In this document: positions 60,595 through 64,000 of the stretch, piece after piece | Layout: the number at the start of each line of letters is the position of its first letter | Position numbering within the stretch: position 1 is the first letter of the stretch | Program-made: the position numbers and the translations under genes | Notes under the pieces: model-generated | What the model saw: the letters and a program-made list of their open reading frames with translations, nothing else | Databases searched by the model: none | Told to the model about the DNA's origin: nothing | Source of the DNA: Candidatus Omnitrophota bacterium | GTDB lineage: Bacteria > Omnitrophota > Gorgyraeia > Zapsychrales > Fredricksoniimonadaceae | Direction: 5' to 3' | Length of the DNA stretch: 64,000 bases | NCBI GenBank assembly: GCA_903908245.1 | Contig: CAIVRE010000006.1 | Coordinates: forward strand, 21,951-85,950

Positions 60595-61577
60595 GCCAGA
60601 TAACGCAAATTAAATGGTTTCAAAAAACCGTGATAGGCAAAACACCCGGGGCAATCCCCCTTCTTGGCGGATCGGAACATTACGCCCCTTTGAAGATCCA
60701 GCCCGTCCGGAAGGCCTCCTTTAAGGTCAACACAGCCCACCGGCGGCATATACAGGCATGGATGAACATCGCCGCCGGAAGTGATGAACAAACTATTCTT
60801 CGGCGTAGCGCAAGCCGAGATCCCCTTCCGGCCAGAGTCAAGCAAATGCAGGACAGCCTCGGCCATCGCCCGGTCGATCCCCTCTGCCCCGCCATGGAGA
60901 ATATCCAATACCTGCGCGCGTACGCTGGAACGCATCAATGCCGTCAACGAAGACAACGCCTGAACTCCCGGCCCGCCGCTGCGATGATAATACGCCGCAA
61001 CCCCATACTCCATGATCTTGGGAGAGAATCGCGCGCCGAAACGACGGGCAAGCCGATACACCTCCCCAAGGGCATGATAATTAACACGGTTAATGGTGAA
61101 CTTCAACTCCAGCTTAACACTGTCCCGGCACTCGCCCGCCAGGAACTCCAGCGTCTTCATTGTCTTGCGGTACGCCCCCTTGCCCCTCAGGGCATCATGC
61201 GCCTGCTCATCCCCGTCCACACTCACCCCTACCTCGATACCGTTGAACATTCTTCCTTGAGACTTGAACAGTCTTTGAATACGCGCGGTACAAGCCCCAT
61301 TCGTGTAAACACCATATCCGGTCACAAGGCCGCGCGATCTCATCAGCGCCAGAAAACGCAGGACCCCCCCGATCCCGGGATGCAGGAAAGGCTCGCCGCC
61401 CGTGACCGATATGAACCGGACCTGATAATTCCGCAACAGGCTTTCGGTCAACCGGATAAAACGGGACGCTGATATCTCGCGCCTGGAGCGTTCCTTCCAT
61501 ATCGCGCAAGCCCGGCAGCGCAGTTGACAGCGGTTGGTCACCTCAACGGTCACATCCCTTAATACAGCCTTGGTCAT
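60591..61577 (-). CDS. Radical SAM protein with SPASM/Twitch-like C-terminus
   Basis: CQLRCRAC, TGGEPF, TNG, SVDG..HD.LRG, C...GDVHPC...CPGC. Confidence 0.92.
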   Translation of the reverse strand: MTKAVLRDVTVEVTNRCQLRCRACAIWKERSRREISASRFIRLTESLLRNYQVRFISVTGGEPFLHPGIGGVLRFLALMRSRGLVTGYGVYTNGACTARIQRLFKSQGRMFNGIEVGVSVDGDEQAHDALRGKGAYRKTMKTLEFLAGECRDSVKLELKFTINRVNYHALGEVYRLARRFGARFSPKIMEYGVAAYYHRSGGPGVQALSSLTALMRSSVRAQVLDILHGGAEGIDRAMAEAVLHLLDSGRKGISACATPKNSLFITSGGDVHPCLYMPPVGCVDLKGGLPDGLDLQRGVMFRSAKKGDCPGCFAYHGFLKPFNLRYLA

Positions 61578-62725
61578 TGCCTCACCAACCCTTTCAAGCC
61601 TCTGCCGGACGGGCCAGATTGAACACGGGCCAATACCGCATGCACAGACCTGTTAAGCTCCGCATGCCCGCAGTACCGGCACTCCCTCCAGCGGTCTTTC
61701 CTGATATCAATACACCGCATCGCGTCCTGCCGGATCTTCTGAAATTTGACTGACCCGAACCAGATATCCTTGAAAGATCCTTTATAAATATTCCCCGCGA
61801 TACAAACCCCGATATTGTCGCAGGGAGCGACGACCCTGCCCCGCTCGTCGATCAGGGCATTGAACCACCCGGTATAACAATGCACCCGCTCCTGCGGCAC
61901 CGCGTGATAATAAAAAAGCCTGTCGTTATTCCATTTTGTCGGCGCCATTGCCGCCCGGTCCTTCACAAACCCCTTTCGGGAAATGATATCGTGGATCTGC
62001 GACAAATTATTGATCGCCCGATGCCGGCCCTTTCCGGCCCTGGCAATGATCCCCAGCAAGGGTTTCATTGACCCCGGCGAAAACACCAGGGATTTCATCT
62101 CGACCGTAGCCTCAAAAAGGCGAAAAGCCACCCGGTCGACCTGAAAACGATCCGTCAGATCAAGATACGCCTCGATCTCCCTGTAATTCACTTCATTGAT
62201 AATGAACGTAAGCACCAGCGACGGCTTGCCGTACTTTGTACGCATGGCCGATAACAGGCGCAAATTGTCAATGACATCCCCGAACCCGTCTTTGCCATGA
62301 ATACGGCGGTAGGAAGCGGCCGTAGTGGCGGAAAGGTTGACATTAAGCCGGTCGGCCAACCGGAGGTAGTCGAGATGCTCCCGGCCATAATCCAGATGCG
62401 TATACGCCGCCAGCGACATCCCCAGGCGATGGACCAGGCGAAAAGCCTCGGCAACGCGTGGATACAGGGCCACCTCCCCTCCCTCCAGATTGATCTCCTC
62501 AACACCCATCCCGGCACAATCATGGATCAACCTTTTTAAAACATCAAAATCAATATCCTTGCGCTTTTCACGCCAGGAGACCATCGGAGAAAAATACCAG
62601 CAGAACCTGCACCGGCGGTCGCAGGCATTGGTCAAATGGACATTGACCGAACGCGGCCCGATCAGCGGCTTTCCCGAAAGGATCCCCTTGAACCTCAAAC
62701 GCTCGGATGCGCGGTCCCAACTCAC
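61574..62725 (-). CDS. Radical SAM protein with SPASM/Twitch-like C-terminus
   Basis: CDRRCRFC, GGE, CYTGW....GRVVAPC, GNI...F.DIW, CRYC. Confidence 0.92.
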   Translation of the reverse strand: MSWDRASERLRFKGILSGKPLIGPRSVNVHLTNACDRRCRFCWYFSPMVSWREKRKDIDFDVLKRLIHDCAGMGVEEINLEGGEVALYPRVAEAFRLVHRLGMSLAAYTHLDYGREHLDYLRLADRLNVNLSATTAASYRRIHGKDGFGDVIDNLRLLSAMRTKYGKPSLVLTFIINEVNYREIEAYLDLTDRFQVDRVAFRLFEATVEMKSLVFSPGSMKPLLGIIARAGKGRHRAINNLSQIHDIISRKGFVKDRAAMAPTKWNNDRLFYYHAVPQERVHCYTGWFNALIDERGRVVAPCDNIGVCIAGNIYKGSFKDIWFGSVKFQKIRQDAMRCIDIRKDRWRECRYCGHAELNRSVHAVLARVQSGPSGRGLKGLVRQ

Positions 62726-63834
62726 TTCGACCTCCGTCCCAGAAAAGCTTTACAGACAGCCACGACCTCCCGCGCCTTATCCAGGCCCATGAAAGAATAC
62801 AGGGGAAGATGCAAGCCGCAGGCGAAATACTCTTCGCTCACAGGGTACTTCCTGCGGCATGACTTTTGATACGCTCCCATCGCATGCAACGGCGTATACG
62901 GGCGCTGCGCAAGGATACCGTGCAATGAAAGAAATGCGAACAGCTCATCCCTGACAGAGAAATACACCAGGAAATTCTGCGGCACGATCCCGGCCTTTTC
63001 CCTGTCCTTAAAAATACGCACCCCTTCCATGGATCCCAGCGCCCCTGCATAGAAATCGCTGACCTGTTTGCGCGAATCAATGATCTTTTTTAAATGCGCG
63101 AATTTAACCCGTAAAGCGACCAGGTCCATCAAAGGCAAAGGCGCGAAACGCTGCCCCAGCCGCAAAAGCTCCCCGTCATCTTTCCAATCCTCCATCCAGC
63201 CGCGGATCCGTTCATATTTTTTGTCATTAAAAACAACCATCCCGCCCCCGCCCCCGCAGGAGGAAAGCGGCTTGTAATAAGAGAACGAAAAAGCCCCCAT
63301 ATCCCCGTAACTCCCCAGCATCCGGCCCTTCCATCGTGAACTTTCAGCCTGGCAAACATCCTCCAGAAGCACGATCCCCCGGTCCCGGCAAAGGCGCACC
63401 AGACGGTCCAGGTCACACGGCCGGCCGAACATATGCGCCGCGACCACCGCTTTCGTACGGCGCGTGATCATTCGCTCGACCTCAACAGGATCCATGGTCA
63501 GGTCTTGCGCACGGGCATCCACAGGGACCGGCTTCGCCCCGCAATAGGAAACAGCCAAAGGGACTGCCTGATAGGTCAAGTCCGGCACAATGACCTCGTC
63601 CCCCTTCTTGACGCCATTGGCCAAAAGCATCATCTTCAATGCGTCGCTTCCGGAATTAACCGCCACCGCGTGTTTAACCCCGATATACGCCGCGAACCGG
63701 TCCTCAAAATCACGGATTAAAGGCTTGATATCATTAAGCCCGTCAAGGCCCTTCACACACCGTTCCAATTCGGACGCATACTCACATGCAAGCGCGCGCT
63801 CGACAAGTGCACATTCATAGCGGACTTTTATCAT
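62722..63834 (-). CDS. DegT/DnrJ/EryC1/StrS sugar aminotransferase
   Basis: FEDRFA, VNSGSDAL, GDEVIVP, EDVCQA, FSFSYYKPL (PLP lysine), LHLP. Confidence 0.93.
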   Translation of the reverse strand: MIKVRYECALVERALACEYASELERCVKGLDGLNDIKPLIRDFEDRFAAYIGVKHAVAVNSGSDALKMMLLANGVKKGDEVIVPDLTYQAVPLAVSYCGAKPVPVDARAQDLTMDPVEVERMITRRTKAVVAAHMFGRPCDLDRLVRLCRDRGIVLLEDVCQAESSRWKGRMLGSYGDMGAFSFSYYKPLSSCGGGGGMVVFNDKKYERIRGWMEDWKDDGELLRLGQRFAPLPLMDLVALRVKFAHLKKIIDSRKQVSDFYAGALGSMEGVRIFKDREKAGIVPQNFLVYFSVRDELFAFLSLHGILAQRPYTPLHAMGAYQKSCRRKYPVSEEYFACGLHLPLYSFMGLDKAREVVAVCKAFLGRRSK

Positions 63835-64000
63835 GCTATTCTCCCCATAAACCTTCGGTCAACCGCCTCGATGCTTTCGCATAATCCTGTATAAGCCCCC
63901 ACTCGCGCGGAGTACCGGCCGCCTCCGGAAGAACGGACAGCCAGGCCCGCATTAAAATTGCTCACGGCCCGGTAACTCGGCATTCCGTCCCTCTCGCCCA
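63831..64000 (-). CDS. 3' end of an upstream gene (partial, unknown product)
   Basis: Only one minus frame is open through the last 170 nt. It ends in TGA overlapping the DegT ATG (ATGA coupling). Confidence 0.55.
   Translation of the reverse strand, partial: GERDGMPSYRAVSNFNAGLAVRSSGGGRYSARVGAYTGLCESIEAVDRRFMGRIA

Overview
Bacterial chromosomal segment, mostly housekeeping and almost all on the minus strand, from a diderm LPS producer. Gene content and order suggest the PVC group, probably Ca. Omnitrophota (inference only). Blocks: metG(partial)-ricT/yaaT-holB-tmk-TM2-cysS-cysE-ispF-ispD-PIN/TRAM-radA-mlaDFE-AsmA-like-clpC-mcsB-mcsA-ilvE; lolD-lolC/E-lysS-tRNA-Gln-ispE-TPR-mS38-like-hisG; surA-like, cutA, pgeF, rmuC, response regulator, TMTC-like GT-C/TPR protein, pgi; birA-bioF-bioH-bioC-bioDA-mnmA with a BirA operator; tRNA-Ala and tRNA-Leu; lpxI-lpxA-lpxC/fabZ-lpxD-skp-bamA; dnaB-rplI-rpsR-ssb-rpsF-pth-rplY-prs-glmU. 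The last 9 kb is accessory: a Cys-rich pilin-like protein, a glycosyltransferase, a degenerate APH-type kinase, a deacetylase, an Asn-synthetase-like ligase, two radical SAM enzymes and a DegT aminotransferase. The most striking unexplained signal is a 264-nt rod-shaped foldback (17481-17744) in the ilvE-lolD gap, with wobble pairs only on the + strand and a promoter-like -10 at its 5' edge. Other unexplained signals are a 140-bp structured insert that duplicates the tRNA-Gln 3' end, two kinds of REP-like palindrome, and several apparently leaderless genes. All calls come from reading the sequence and motifs; no searches or folding programs were run.
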